Assembly (NCBI GenBank): GCA_973895155.1
Contig: OZ316896.1
Span: forward strand, 3,448,738-3,512,737
DNA: 64,000 nucleotides
Reading direction: 5' to 3'
From: Marsupella aquatica
Lineage: Eukaryota > Plantae > Marchantiophyta
Shown here: one piece after another, positions 49,171 through 63,280 of the stretch
How positions within the stretch are numbered: the first letter of the stretch is position 1
Layout: each line of letters starts with the position of its first letter
The notes under the pieces: generated by a model
Told to the model about the DNA's origin: nothing
Database searches by the model: none
The model's input: the letters and a program-made list of their open reading frames with translations, nothing else
Program-made: the position numbers and the translations under genes

Positions 49171-49899
49171 ATAAGAATCGGATGTGGGAAGTCCACTTAC
49201 TCCTGCAAGTGACGAAGACACTCAAACTTTTCGAGGTAATTGGTTGGGGCGGTTGTCGAGGGAGAAATTAAATATTTAATTACGTTCAACTCTAGCTAGA
49301 GGGGCTTATATAAACCAAACTAGGCTATTCTTTTTATAAGCTGAACATATATGTATGATCAGGAGTATCAAACGAGGTAAAGTGCACACGGAAGTAAGTG
49401 AAGAGAATACACGTGAGGAACTCAATGTTGTGAGAATTGGAGACAGAAAATAGTAAACATCGAGTCCATGAGTTCCAGTGAATAAGCTTCGAATCCTCTA
49501 TTGAATATTGAACTCTGAGTTCCCCGAGAATCAAACCAGACATAAGTACTTCAACCAAGAGCATTGCTCGCCCGGGGAGAAAAGCTAGTTTGAATTCTTA
49601 ACAGGATAAACATGAGGATCGAGCATCCACTAGACAGGAGCGGGGAGAGCAGAGCACAACATGTGTTGAGTCCCCGCTGTCAAAACACCCCGCGTCCTTT
49701 TACATGTAAGGACAGTAAGCGGTGCAGGAAAATTCACAAAACGATAGAAAGAACGTCGAGACAAAGAACAGTAAAGGGATAAAATCCCTTTCACACACAC
49801 CCCGGATCGACGATCTTCTGTGTGTTTGGTGCAGAAGGAAACAAAACCAGAACAAGGAGTTCAATGAATTGTTGGGAACGTATTCCAGCAGGCGGTTTC

Positions 49900-52800
49900 A
49901 TTAAACCATCAGCAGGCATAATTTCAGTAGACAAATATTTGATCTGCACATGCCCTTGGCGACCCTGTTCACGTACATAATGCCATTGGATTTCAATGTG
50001 TTTGGTCCGAGCGTGATGCTAAGGATTGATGGTTAATGCAATTGCTGGTTTATTGTCACCATAGATCACAACCTCGTAATGTCTGAAGTGCAGAGATCGA
50101 GCTGCTGTAGAAGCTGCCGCAACCAGATAGCTTCCTTGCAAGCAATTGAGTAGGCGACGTATTCAGCCTCCGTACTGCTGGTGGTGATGATTGGCTGCTT
50201 CCGAGATTTCCAGCTGATGGCACCGCCTGCTAATTTGAAGAGATAACCAGATGTAGACTTTCGATCCACACTGTTATCAGCGAAAGATGCATCACAATAG
50301 CCCTGAAAATTCATTGAATGAATTTCAATGCCAGGAGAAGAAACAGCTTCATACTTGAGGCCAAGATTAACAGTGCCTCAAAGATAACCAAGAATGTGCC
50401 TGACACAACTCTGATGTTCGGAGGCCGGATTATGAGCAAACTGGCCAAGTCGAGAACAACGCTCAGAAAGATCAGGTCTCGTCCATACTGCAAGGTACAT
50501 GAGAGAGCCAATCATGGCTTGATACAACTGCTGGGATTTCACTTGGGAGCAGGCGATCAGTGCCGCTAGAAGGAGCAGACAAAGGAAGAGCCGACTCCAT
50601 ATGAAAACGAGAAAGAACCTTAAGAGCATATTTCTGTTGGGCAAGGTAAAGGACACCTTGGTTACGATCACGATAGATGGCAAGCCCTAAATACTCAGTC
50701 AGATCTCCGAGCTCATGAACCTCATACTTCCAGGAGGAGAGGATGGACTTCATAGACGCAGTGCCGCTAAGAGTTTTTGAAACGGTAATAATATCATCCA
50801 CCCATAAGACAATAAGATCGCCATCAGAATTCTTAAGAACACAAGGATCTGAGGGTAAGGGAAAGAAGCCCTGCAAAGCTAAGTATGCGGTGATTTCAAT
50901 GTACCAAAGGCGTGGAGACTGGCACAAGCCATACAAAGCTCGTAAAAGCAGCCAAACAAGAAGCTGGCCAAGATGATCGTAGGTTTCGTAGCCAGGAGGT
51001 GGTCGAACATAGATTGGAGCTTGACCAGCCATTAGAGCATTCAAAAAATCCGTAACAATATCATAACACTTAGCCTCAAGATTTAATGCAACAACATTAG
51101 CCATGATAGCACAGAAAGTCTCAGGACGGACCACTGATGCAAAAGTATCCCCGTAATCCTCCCCTGGTCGTTGTTTATCGCCACGAGCTACAAAACGTGC
51201 CTTGTAGATGCCCGCTGCTTTCTGTGTGTACACCCATTTTGATGGGAGAAGACGTGCACCAACAGGTAAAAGGATGAAACATGCAACATTCAACTTCGTA
51301 AGTTGATTAAACTCTCTCTTCTCTGTAGCTTGCCATAAATCAGCATCCGGCCTAGACATGGCCTCCTTGTGTGTCTTAGGCACCTCAGAGGAGGCTGGAA
51401 AAAGTGCAACCGAATAAGAATAAAGCAGCGTGGATGGAATGCGTGTCAGCAAAGAAGTAGAAATTTGAGGCGGAGGGATTCCCCGCGTACATCGCTCTGA
51501 ACGTCGAGGAGCTGAAGGTATATTAGATATTGCAGCTGTGAGGTCTACTGTCAATGCTTGGGGCGAGATTGCACCCAAAGGGGGAAAGATAGAAGGAATT
51601 AAATTGTTATTGTCAAAACATTCCATAGAGTCAAGAGTATTGGCCATAGACGAAGGGCCGGATTGTGACTGGCCATCAATGAGAGATGGAACAAATGGAG
51701 TGCTCAACAGAATAGAACCCGCAATTGCAAGTGGAGGAATAAGAGAAGTAATATCATATGGGACGTCGAGATGAATGAAACTTGAATCAGATTGAAGATG
51801 TACTCGCCTCTAATGGAGAGGTGGTGCATGGCGTTTCATCAATGGAAACGTATGCAGACACCGCAAACTCATTTGTATCCGAAAACCATATACGGTAATT
51901 CAAGCCATCACCGTATCCAACCAAGTATCCCTTCTTAGCTCGAGCAGCAAACTTCTCACCACGAGGTCGAGTCTCTGGGGGTATATGAACGTAAGCAAGT
52001 GCTCCAAAGACGCATAGATGGGAAATATTTGAATTGAACTGGCGATGAAATGGTTCATTCAAGGCAACAATTGGGGATAAAGAAAGCGTGTCTGCAGTTG
52101 TCGGGGGTCTCACTACATGGGGACCTCCCATCACCTACGACGTTTTTAGGCCTTGGATCCCCTAAAATGTAAGAAAAAAATATTATTTTTTAACCCCTAT
52201 AAAGTTAGAATATTCTTGGAATATTCCAAAAACTGGTTTAAAAAGGCCCTAATGTTCTTATAAGTCTCAAAATTGAATTTAAAATACCCTATTGTTCTTC
52301 TACAAAAATTCTTAAGTCTTCCCTTACAACCAATAAAATGACCCTATCATTCGTCGCACGTGATATGCCATTTTTGTGGAAGTGAAACCCCCGAGGATTG
52401 GTCAAGGACACTACAGCATTAATAGCCTTTGGCCAGAGTCGGGGTGGAAGATGAGAGTCAAGCAGCATCGCATGAGCCCGCTCTGTAATGACACCATTAG
52501 ATCGTTCAACAATACCATTCTGAGTATGGTGGTATGGAGCCGAATGGGTGATGGTACACCCTTGGGTTGATAAGAAAGTCAGAAACTGCTGACTGCCAAA
52601 CTCAGTGCCATTGTCGCAATGAAGAGATGCAATGATTGTGGCATAGTGAGTTTGAATGGCCGTAAAAAATTGTTGGACAATAGGGACAGCTTGACTCTTA
52701 CTCTGAATAGAGTAGACCCAACGAAAACGTGAGTGATCATCAGTAAGAAGAAGAAAATACTTCTGATTTTGAATGCCAACAGTAGTGATGGGACCACACA

Positions 52801-54352
52801 GGTCGAAATGGATTTTCTGAGAAGGGGCAGAAGCCCGAGTGTGAGTTTCGCGAGAAATCACACGAGAAGATTTGGCCAAAGCGCATACTTCACAGGATGG
52901 CAAAGTGTGAGAACCAGAAAGCATAATGTGTTCCTGTTGGATGATTTTCTGGAGGCCATCAGAATGAAGATGTGCAAATCTTCGATGAAGGAGAGGTAGA
53001 GTAACTGTTTGGGCATAAAAATGGCTCTTATCAGGGACACAAGAAAAATGTAGATTGAATCGTCAAGACCTTAAGACCATCAAGCCATTTTGTGGTGGCA
53101 AATTCGTGACCAGTAACCTGTATGATAAAGCGAGACTCCCAGCCATGCCAATAGACTCCCTTCTTTTCAAGAAGATGCTCTGAGATAGTATTCAATTCGC
53201 TGCTAGGCATGTATCGAACATTGTGTAAACGAATATGTCAAAAGGATTGGTCAGTGCATCGTAATGAGAGATCAACAATGCCATATCCAGGAGAAATGAT
53301 TTGACCAGCACCCGTATTGATGGAAAGCGGATCGGCAGTGTAGTCATGAAAAAGCTTCTGGTTATTACAGAAGTGATGATTGGCGCCTGAATCTACAATC
53401 CATGTGCCCGTATCAACTGCTTGAAGCTCTGTCAATTGTGCTGAATGAGAGCATTGCACAAAATTAAAGAGATCAAGATCTGGAGAAGAGTCGTGTTCAA
53501 GAGCAGAAGAAGGAGAAGCCTGAACATTATTGGTCCCTGAAGACGCTATTGAATGCGCTCCATAACAAGTGTATTTGGCTGCCAACCCGGACGTTGCAAG
53601 TGTAAATGTTTGTAGTAGCAGGTCTCCTCCTTGTGATGAGGTAAACGGCAATACTTGCAATTTTCCTTGGAGAGCGACGTCGAAGGAGGCCGGGGATTGG
53701 ACGTTGTCACATTGAGCTGCATCGGAGTGGGAGCAATCACAGCCAGATGATATTCGTCCTTGGCTTCTTGTAACAAAGAATCAAGAGATGGAGAAGCGGT
53801 TGGATTGCGCCGAAGGTGATCTCGCACATTGGCTGTCCAATGCGCATAATGCTTATCCAAACTGTGTATGAATTGCATGGTTTGGACAGCAGAATCAACA
53901 ACAATTCCAACGGCAGCACACCGATCAAGAGCATCTCGGTATTTTGTAGTAAAAATCTCCATATCTTCACCACGGTATTGAAGTTTGACGAAAGTCACCC
54001 AAGTGTTGTGCTTCTGAATGATGCCCTGAGGCTGGTATGTCTGCTTCAACTTATCCCAGCAAGCGGCCGCAGTGAGCACAGATGCTAGCGTACTTTGAAT
54101 GTGTGGTTTGCACATAGAGAGAATAATCATACGAGCATGTGCAGCTTGAGCATTGTAAGATTCTAAACGAGCTTGAAACTGATAGGCCTTCTCGTCCACT
54201 TCTTGTACCGGAGGAACTGCAGTACCATCAACAAATTTCCACCCACCTGAAGATGCAAGACTAGAGGAGACAAGTAAATTCCACTGCTCATAGTTTGAGC
54301 CTCCTTCAAGTTTAGGCAGCAGATGACTAGAATCGCGATATGTGAATGCCAT
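49900..54352 (-). pseudogene. copia-3 gag-pol remnants
   Basis: LEGGSNYEQW gag, CKYCRLPHHKEETC, WIVDSGA, IHFDLCGP, HCDNGTEF, KARFVARG, LWVDD, GYCDASFA, KHIEIQWH, with frameshifts. Confidence 0.9.
52103..52392. mobile_element. MITE (~290 bp) inserted in the copia-3 integrase
   Basis: TIR GGGGGTCTCACT / AGTGAAACCCCC, AT-rich interior, interrupts LTN...PTTA. TSD ambiguous. Confidence 0.75.
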
Positions 54353-57263
54353 GAGAAACCTCAAAAGAGGGAAGCCGGGAGAGGTAAAATGATGAGAGTA
54401 TTGATCAATTAAAGGCCCGTAACCTATGATCAGGAGTATCAAACGAGGTAAAGTGCACACGGAAGTAAGTGAAGAGAATACACGTGAGGAACTCAATGTT
54501 GTGAGAATTGGAGACAGAAAATAGTAAACATCGAGTCCATGAGTTCCAGTGAATAAGCTTCGAATCCTCTATTGAATATTGAACTCTGAGTTCCCCGAGA
54601 ATCAAACCAGACATAAGTACTTCAACCAAGAGCATTGCTCGCCCGGGGAGAAAAGCTAGTTTGAATTCTTAACAGGATAAACATGAGGATCGAGCATCCA
54701 CTAGACAGGAGCGGGGAGAGCAGAGCACAATTAACACGTGTTGAGTCCCCGCTGTCAAAACACCTCGCGTCCTTTTACATGTAAGGACAGTAAGCAGTGC
54801 AAGAAAATTCACAAAATGACAGAAAGAACATCGAGACAAAGAACAGTAAAGGGAGAAAATCCCTTTCACAATATGTGATGAGGGCCTCAAAAAAGCCCCC
54901 AACATATTTTTGTCAAAAATATACAAGTACTGGACTGCAATGCAATACTGGACTTCTACATAGTTTCCCCTTGACTTTAAAGAGACCAAAACAAAATCCA
55001 ATGTATTGCATACACAAGATCATGATGGCTTAAATCACACCCGTCACTATAAAAGCCTCATTCCATGTCTCATTACTCACCACAAAAGGTGGAAACCTAG
55101 CACCTTTCATTTGTGGACTACTTGCCAAAAAAAGGTTTTGCAGTCAGCACCTTTTGTGGAGCTCAAAACCCATTTTAGAACTTATACTCTTTAGAATGAG
55201 AGCTACGGGTTACCCGTAGCCCTTTATAGGGCCTTTCTAGGGGCAGGTGTGATTTAAGTAGGGAGAGGACAGAGACAATGAAGGGAACATTTACTATTTG
55301 TCTTTCTGTTTTTTGTTAAGATACCATAGTTAAGTCTCAACCTAACCATGGTTAGGAACCTTGTACCCCTTCCCACTATATATAAAACACCCCAGGGAGA
55401 AGTTGGGATTCAGTTGGATTTACATTCAACATTTTCTTCAATCTTTTGTTCTTTTCCACTTTGTTCAGTCAATGTGACCAAACCCCCTTTGGTCACAGAC
55501 CTGGTTATCTCTGTCCTGTTAATTAAAGGTACAGGGATAAACGACAACCCTCTTGTAGTGAAAGTTGGCGTTACCAGCTAATGCCACCTTGTGTCTTGTG
55601 TGCAAGGACAAGATGCTAGGAATGGTCGTGTTCTTCAGTTTTTTAGGTTTGCACTTTTTCTTTTCTTTGTTTGGTTTTTGTCCACTGTGAACCTCTTTTT
55701 CTTTGGACCACTTTTTCTTGCCTTTCACTGTACTTCATTTTTTTCCAGTATAAAAACTTTGGTGACTTGTTAAGAAACGTTTGTGACTGTTATTGTAGAT
55801 CTCCACTAGCTCGATTTAAGAAGAATGATTAGATACTGGCTAACAAAAGAAAAAAAAGAAGCAAAGTTTTTGCTATTAAGCTGCCAATTATTTGGAACGT
55901 TAATAATTGGTGAATCTAGTGATTTGCTAGTAATAACCAACCTAGCTCGAGTTTTAAGGGGCTACTATAGCCCATGATGCCCTGGTAAAGGGAGTCCCCT
56001 AGTGCAGTTGAGAACCAAAAGTTTCATAGTGCTCCAAATCCAAATGTTTACTCTGCATCTTGAGTGAGGCCCCATTTCAGGCGCGTTTGTTATCAAAAAA
56101 AATTTGTATAGTTCTTAAAAGTCTCAAAATTATATTAAAACAGTCACTCATACACTTCTTCAACAAATTTGTTAAAGTATTTGGAATAATTGAATTAAAA
56201 AATCTCTAATTTACTTACTTGTGCCTTATGGGTTGGAAGAAAAGAAATGAGTACTAGTATCCCAAGCTCTCCATTGGTTTTTGCAAAAAGAGAAAAAAAA
56301 AATGATAATGAAAGTGCATGAAGTTAACGATTGAACACCAGCTGCCACAAAGCATCCAAAAACATTCAACGTACGTGGCCCAACACGAGACGCTCTAATT
56401 ATTGTAGCCCTCGGTTTCCTGGAACTACAGGCGCAGACCAACGACAGCGAGGGGCACAGCGGCCTGAGGTGTACATAGTAAAGTTCATAGGCTGATTCTC
56501 CAATTTCTACCTCGACGAATAGCGCACCGGTAGATTTCCTCGAAAAGGCTGAGAGGCGTCATCACTTTGCAGTAGGTGACTTCCTCCCCAAAGTCCACTT
56601 CTCTAGCTTGCGGGGTTGCTTTGCTTTAATTAGCGCGAAGCCTCTACGATGAAGCCCCCTCTCGACTTCACAGCGTCTATTTCTTTCTTCCCTTCCGGGA
56701 ATCTGCAGTGACCAATACGTCCATGAAGCAAGCGTACTAGATCTCAGAGGGTAGACTTATCATTATAGACGTGTTCTGCGAGTGTTTGCTCCGCATTATC
56801 TGCGTACCAGGCGTTTTGTCGGTCTTGGGGCAGGGATGCTCGTACACCTGGACCAGCCAAGGGCAGTGAAGTTTCGTCAATAGCCCTGGGCACGGTGCCT
56901 GCGGGCAATGAAGTGTACTGAATTGGACCAAAGAGTTTAAATACCAGGCTTCATTTTGTCCAACTCATATCATCATTCGCTCATAGTGCAGCAGCTTCAA
57001 GTCAACTCTCAGTTCATCTTGCTCTCAATCCAATTTGATCGTGAGTGTCACTTGACAATCTATCAGTGTGCCCTCGTGACATAATTTATCTATATAGCTA
57101 GTTAGAATAGACAAAGTCTGTGATTGATAATTTCCAGCGCGCGCTGAGAGTTCTGTATGAGCTGTGGCATTCGGACTCAGAGTGCACACGATCTAGTTTT
57201 AGTATTCGCGCACTGGACCGAGAGCTTAGTCGTCCTTGGAATTAAACCTTTCTGTGTTTCAGA

Positions 57264-57974
57264 ATGGCTTTTACAGTTTCAGCCCCGCTCCGCCTAAGAC
57301 TCTTCGTCACGGTCCTAGCGGTGGCATCCGTTTGCATTGGAGTCAGAGCAAGTGATCCTGACCCACTGCAAGATTTTTGTGTGGCCGATCTGGCAGCAGG
57401 AGGCCCTGTATCCAATGGCTACCTTTGCAAAGCTGCACAGTCTGTCACAACGGAAGACTTCGCATTCTCTGGATTGGCCAAAGCTGCCAATCTATCAGGC
57501 AACCCCGTCAACGGTACCGCAACATTTGGATTTGTTCGGGATTGGCCTGCACTGAACACACTGGGATTGGGTCTAGCTCGATTGGACATCAATCCCGGCG
57601 GGATCATCATGCCACACACCCACAACTTGGCCACCGAGATTCTCTTCTGCCTAGAGGGCGAGATATACACGGGTTTCGTGACCAATAGCGACAACCCTGC
57701 AGTCCCCAACAAGCTATTCGCTAAGATCGTCAAGAAGGGGGAGGCATTCATTTTCCCCAGAGGTCTTCTGCACTTCCAGCTCAACAAGGGCACGGTGCCG
57801 GCAGTGAGCTTGAACGTGCTGAACAGTCAGAATCCCGGGATTCAGCTCATGCCCGTGGGTTTATTTGGGGTTGGAGTCGACCCTGAGCTTCTGGCGAAAT
57901 CGTTCTTCATCACAGAGACTGAGGTGGCAGGCTTGGAAACCATCTTGTCGAAATTCGTCCATGTCTTTGGCTAG
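57264..57974 (+). CDS. GLP: Germin-like protein (cupin), secreted
   Basis: Signal peptide, SDPDPLQDFCVAD, germin box GIIMPHTHNLATE, FPRGLLHFQ. Confidence 0.95.
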   Translation: MAFTVSAPLRLRLFVTVLAVASVCIGVRASDPDPLQDFCVADLAAGGPVSNGYLCKAAQSVTTEDFAFSGLAKAANLSGNPVNGTATFGFVRDWPALNTLGLGLARLDINPGGIIMPHTHNLATEILFCLEGEIYTGFVTNSDNPAVPNKLFAKIVKKGEAFIFPRGLLHFQLNKGTVPAVSLNVLNSQNPGIQLMPVGLFGVGVDPELLAKSFFITETEVAGLETILSKFVHVFG

Positions 57975-58659
57975 GCTTAGTCCCAATTTTTCCAGCGATA
58001 TTACAGGATGCCATAATGGGCATGATATAGCTAGTTCAGTTTCAGTTTCAATTCGTAATCGATCGATAGTATCAGTTCGTGATCGACCCTGTGCTGACAA
58101 ATTAGTGCGAGAACTGAAAATTGTTTAGTCCTATTCTCCCGGTAGTAGAGATAATTGCAGCGGCTGGAGGGGGTCGATCAGAGGTGCGCGCAGGTGGCCA
58201 ACTCCTTCATCAGTCTCAAGAACCATAGCTTGCTTAGGTAACATCATGTGGCACTTCGCGAATGTGTTCGGAGTGACACACTTTGTATTAATTAGCATTT
58301 GGAACATTGAATCAGACATTGAATCCAGGCAGACATCATTTAAGTGCTCAGAATTTCTTTTTCCAGAGACACTGTTTTAGATCTTCCGAGCCCCCAATTT
58401 AAGAAACGGCATTCAATTCGGTCTTCTAAGTTTTTCCTCAGTCCAATCCAGAATCTGTTGTTGCGAGATAAACAGGACATAATACGGTGACTGTTCCTTT
58501 TTTCTCGACTCCAAACATACGAAGGAAGCTTTACAAACGTACACAATCTGGAACTACCCTGGAGATTGAGGAACAGTCACGAGTGATTCCAGGTGGAAAA
58601 CTTTACTTGTTCAAAAGTACATTTGTAACGCAAGGTCGATGGAATGAAGACTGAATCAG

Positions 58660-61600
58660 AATTGGAACTTTAGCGTAAAGATACCTCCGCCAATTCAACC
58701 AGCCACATTGGCTCGTTCCATCTAAGAATCTAGAATATCGTATAATACAGTATTTTGTCATTTTTATCTCAGCACCATTCACTTCAAATGGAATTGTGTT
58801 CGATTGGGGAGTTCTGCTCTGGGGGAGTTTAGCATCTGACCTTTTTCATCAATCATTTATCAAGGCAGCCATGATAATTGCTCAAAGCGATTTTCTCCAA
58901 AGAACGTTTTTTGAGCCCTCGATTCAATAGTCAGCATTGAGTGTTCGGAGTTTTTCCTCAGTCTTATCAGATCTCTATTGCTCGACATATCTGTAAGTGG
59001 GCCAGTTAATCATTCCATCTTTTCTATCAATCGAACGCTTGGGCTCTAGCTAGGCACGTTGCGTGATTAACAGAAGACATGATAATTGTCTGTCGCCTCT
59101 AAGTTCAATGAAAATGTACACATTCAAGACTGGAAGGTCCTCTATGTAAGTCAGTAAGGTGATTGGTGACTTCACACAGAGATCATTCATACCAAGCATT
59201 CCCTCCCTGACGTCTAAAGGAGTTTTTGTGGCTTCAAAGAATGCATTCCCCAAACCTGGAAAATATTAAAGAGCACTGATTCCCGTTTCATTGTCGCGCC
59301 TCAGGGTTAAGTGTCGTTGGGAGACATTGGGAGACATGCATCTCACCAAACTTTAAGTTTTTGCTTAGGATGTAATTAATGGGACAAGTAACTGAGTTTC
59401 CAAGCGGCAAAAGCACTACAATGCAGTTGTCAAGGGAATCGGAATTTCAAGAATCATTTTGTATTATCAGTAACGTACGTAATCTCGTGCAGTGACCCCA
59501 CATCCTATAATGGATTTTAAGTCTCTCTCGACGTGCTTTCTATCTTGGGTGGATAGTTCATTTATAGTTCATTGAAGTGACAAGCTGCCCTAAACTCGGA
59601 GTGTCCTGCTATCTCCCAATACCCAACCTGGTTCCTTTTTCTTCCATTCTTGATGCTACAGCTACGGCCCGGCCAACTTGGGTCTGAGTAAATTGAAAAT
59701 GCTTCATTATTCAGTCCTCCGCTTGTACGTGTCACAGTATGAATATTGAACCAGTCCAGTTTCCCAGGAATCACTCACCAGTTCTCGATCCAAACCTCAT
59801 CCAATTGAGGAAGGGGGTTAAAGTAGAATATTAATGATATATGGTCGCGGATATATTTTGATGCAAGGAAATTGTCATAGGACATTTTGCGCACACCATA
59901 CGTACGTTGCTGAGCTTAGGGGAGTGAAATAGTAGACAGGAGCCATTGATTTTGTTTCCACGGTGAGAATCAACAAAACTGAGCCGCATCAAAGAACCCC
60001 ATCGTCGTGATCGAAAGTTATCTAGCGCCTGGATCTCGGGAGAAATCGAGCATTGGCCGGGGCTGACTGCAAGACTCTGACGCCACAACCAAGGTCATGG
60101 ACTGGAATTAATAATTGTAAGAGAGAATTGAAGTAAATGCTCACTTCAGCCCCAAGTAAACAGTACTGAAGAAGTCCACATTTATAGGCCTAGCCATCAA
60201 CGTCTTAATCTGTCGTAATTGATCTCGCGATCCAATCGTCGGAAAATTGAAAGCGATGCAAAGAAGCTAAAGACGCCCTTCGATCTAAACTTGTGGGATC
60301 AAGCTGTACGTACGTATTGTGTTTTAGCTGTAGAGAATTTCTTTGCCCGCTAAGAATATGAACTCAGTAGATCTAATTAAAGCGTCAATGGCTTCAAATC
60401 CAACAATCACAATCTATTCGAGTGTCATATCGCTAACTCAACTTCTTGCTGGTACTATACGCGGTTTATGTGTGAGATCGTCCACCAGGGTTCCAGCTAG
60501 CATGGTGCGACCTGGGTCCTGGTTCTGGAATGGACTTCGTAGGTAGGATTGTATTTTCCAGACCCGTTTCCAGATTCAAGCATACTTCGTCAGGCACATA
60601 TTAAACTCTAATCATCATCACCACTGATGCGTGAGACGTCCCCATTAACCTGTCTGAGAGGTTAATGTGAACTCGGATTACAACCAGTGCAAAGAAATTT
60701 CATAACAATTCCGCGTAAATTAAGTCAAGGAAATCAGATTTCATACTTTATTGACGAGTTGGACAGGTACAATGTTAGCGGCAAATCGCAAGCTGAGTAG
60801 AATGCAAAAGAGGCCACATCTTACTTCTATAAATCATTCAATCGTCAGTCAATGTAGCTGACTGCATTCAACAAACGAACTTATTTTTTACTGGGACACA
60901 GGAATTGTCTTCTAGTAAATCAACGATTTTTTTATTCATTGCCAAACAGCGACCAGATTCCTACGTATCGTTCTTCATGAGAATCTACTCATACAACTCG
61001 TCTACGTATGGCCTGGTGGGAAATTGGTGACTGGCTTATCCACTGATGACTAAATCGCTAGCTTTCATTGTCATATCGCCTAATTGTAGAAAATTATCTG
61101 ACTCGTTCCTACTTCAGGTTTGTTTTGATAGTTCTAGCTGCCCTTCTTGCAATGTCGTCCCGTGACCATTTATTGGTATTTATACCACCCAATGTTGACA
61201 GCTTCATCGACGCGACATAGCTCCGACTTTGTTCGAATCTTCTCCTGCTCGGTACACGTAGTCTATGAACTTAACCCACGCTGCAGCTTGGATGCATCCT
61301 GCGAGCCTATGCGGCATACTTGCACATGCCAAACTTGCATACGTCCTTCAATGGGCACTTGAACTTGTCGCCGCAACCTCCACAGTTGTTGGGGTCGTTG
61401 AGCAAATTCGTGCACTTACCTTTGCAGCAAATTGAACCGAGAGGGCAAACATTACCGCAGATTCCGCAGTTCAACGGGTCGGTCCCGGTGTTAATGCAAA
61501 GGCCTGGGAGAATTCCGGTGTTTGGAAGTTTGCAGCAGGAGAAGGGCGATAGGCATGGAATAAGGCAGTTAGTGGACGCTGCACTTGGCACACCAGTCTC

Positions 61601-63280
61601 CTGTCCAGCCAGTCGGCGCCGGACAAACGACGAGTCGCCGCTCACGCCATCTATGACAACGCCTGCCGCAAGTGCCACGAGCAGGAGAGATAGCAGCGTC
61701 CCGCGGTAGGCCATTGGACAATCGATTGGATGGAGCTAGCGAGTAGCGAGAGGCAGAGATCGAGAGAGACCTGGCGCTCAATCCCGGTTTGCAGCTAGTA
61801 GCGATGCTGGGGTAGATCCTTGGTAAAGTTCAAGCAATTACTAGATCCTCAGGTCATAGGGTGCTATTGCTACTGAACTGGGAGTCAGCTTGAGATCTGA
61901 GAGCTTCCCTGTCGAAGTGCTGCCGCCTTTCGTTCATGGAGTCCTGGACAACGCCACGGCATCGCGCGCTTTTTGCTTTAGCGAAAATCTACGTGATTTC
62001 TGGTACAAACGCCACGATCGTTGTTGTGGACGCTGTCCAGACAATTCGAGTACGACCTGCCACGATCAACTTCTCAATGTCCGCCCGGGCTACCTTTGCC
62101 GTCTCTGGCTTTCCTGTTATTTTCGTACTCAAGTCTGCCTTTTCTGCCTAATTATACCCAATTCATGAATGAAAGTGAGAGACGAATGTAGTCGTTAGCG
62201 TCTCGATAGATATTTGTCGGTCGCATAAATCCATGTCGACGCATACTAATTAATAATACTTATGAGTATCTACACGTAATTGATTTTCTTGGCACTCGGT
62301 GGACTTTAGGGGTACATCGTACCTTCAGCTCTTTACTCTGACTAAGAAATGTTTCCTTTCCTCGCGCGATGCTTGTTAGAATGTAGTCTCCCCATCTTGT
62401 CCGGGGAATGGGGCTGACGTTATTCGTCAAGTCAAAGAAAAAACGATCATTCATTTGAGATTCACTTTAGTTCACATTCATCCTTTCGACGTGATGAATC
62501 TCGACGTGGTGAATCTCGAGTGATCTCGACGTCTCAACGTCTCCGCTGCCCGTTCACAAGGTCGAGAAAAGTACGTTCTCTCTTTCCGAAATTAAATGTG
62601 GCTCGGCCTGAACGGCTGCCAGACGTTACTTTTGAGTTAGTTTCGCTCCTGGACAGAAAGAAACTGGAACGAAGCGATGATCTGGGGATTGGGATCTGGG
62701 AAAGTAAAACTTCTTGGACAGAAAGGAGCTCTATGACGCGGGCTATGACGGAACCAAGCAACGATCTGGGATCTCGACCTGGGAAAGTATAACTTTTCGT
62801 ATTCGAAATTCTATAAGGTTTTGGCGAAGAAGGCTTTTGTGATCGTGGGATGTATTGACGTATTTACGTCTTGAAGGAGGAAGTCTCATTGTAGTCCGTG
62901 ACTAAAGAAATCTGCGAACGTTTAACTGGCGTGAGCAGCATATATAGTAGACTCACGTCTCCTTATAGATCTCTTTCTTCATGAAGTTCAAGCCCGAGTT
63001 CAAGGGGTCGGAGTATTCCAGAGTCTCTCATATTGACGGCCAGCCCTTAGGAAGGAGGCTGTGGCCCGGCCTTCGCAGTAAGAGGATGAGGCAAACGAAG
63101 AGAATGTTCCCAAGCCCCAAGAAATGTGGTCCATTTGAATCTCAGCTGATTCCCCGCTTCCATGACAAATTACCGTCCTGAATTTGTCGACCAGTTCAAG
63201 GAAGTGTCTGCAAGGTGAGGCAATCTTTCTGCCCCTGACTGGGATATCCCTTCAAGTCTAAGAAACCCCACTCCTCAGTA
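58660..63280 (-). repeat. Right arm of the inverted duplication
   Basis: Reverse complement of 44170-49170 with many indels. Confidence 0.9.
61307..61714 (-). CDS. STIG1-family secreted cysteine-rich peptide, paralog of 46081-46488
   Basis: 135 aa; differs from the first copy at two residues (N/S, G/S). Confidence 0.93.
   Translation of the reverse strand: MAYRGTLLSLLLVALAAGVVIDGVSGDSSFVRRRLAGQETGVPSAASTNCLIPCLSPFSCCKLPNTGILPGLCINTGTDPLNCGICGNVCPLGSICCKGKCTNLLNDPNNCGGCGDKFKCPLKDVCKFGMCKYAA

Larger units (their letters stand above)
49354..54870 (-). mobile_element. Ty1/copia retrotransposon (copia-3) with non-canonical TG...TA LTRs, degenerate
   Basis: LTRs 49354-49795 and 54425-54870. TSD ATATG (49349-53, 54871-75). 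PBS GGTTACGGGCC abuts the 5' LTR. PPT-like GGGGTGTG. Confidence 0.9.

Noticed and set aside
49334-49564. Duplicated 76-aa ORF (also at 54405-54635)
   Set aside because: Both lie within the copia-3 LTRs, so the duplication is explained by the LTRs.
54882-56073. Possible element bounded by GGGCCTCA/TGAGGCCC with an LTR-like interior
   Set aside because: Only an 8-bp inverted match, no matching TSD and no coding support.
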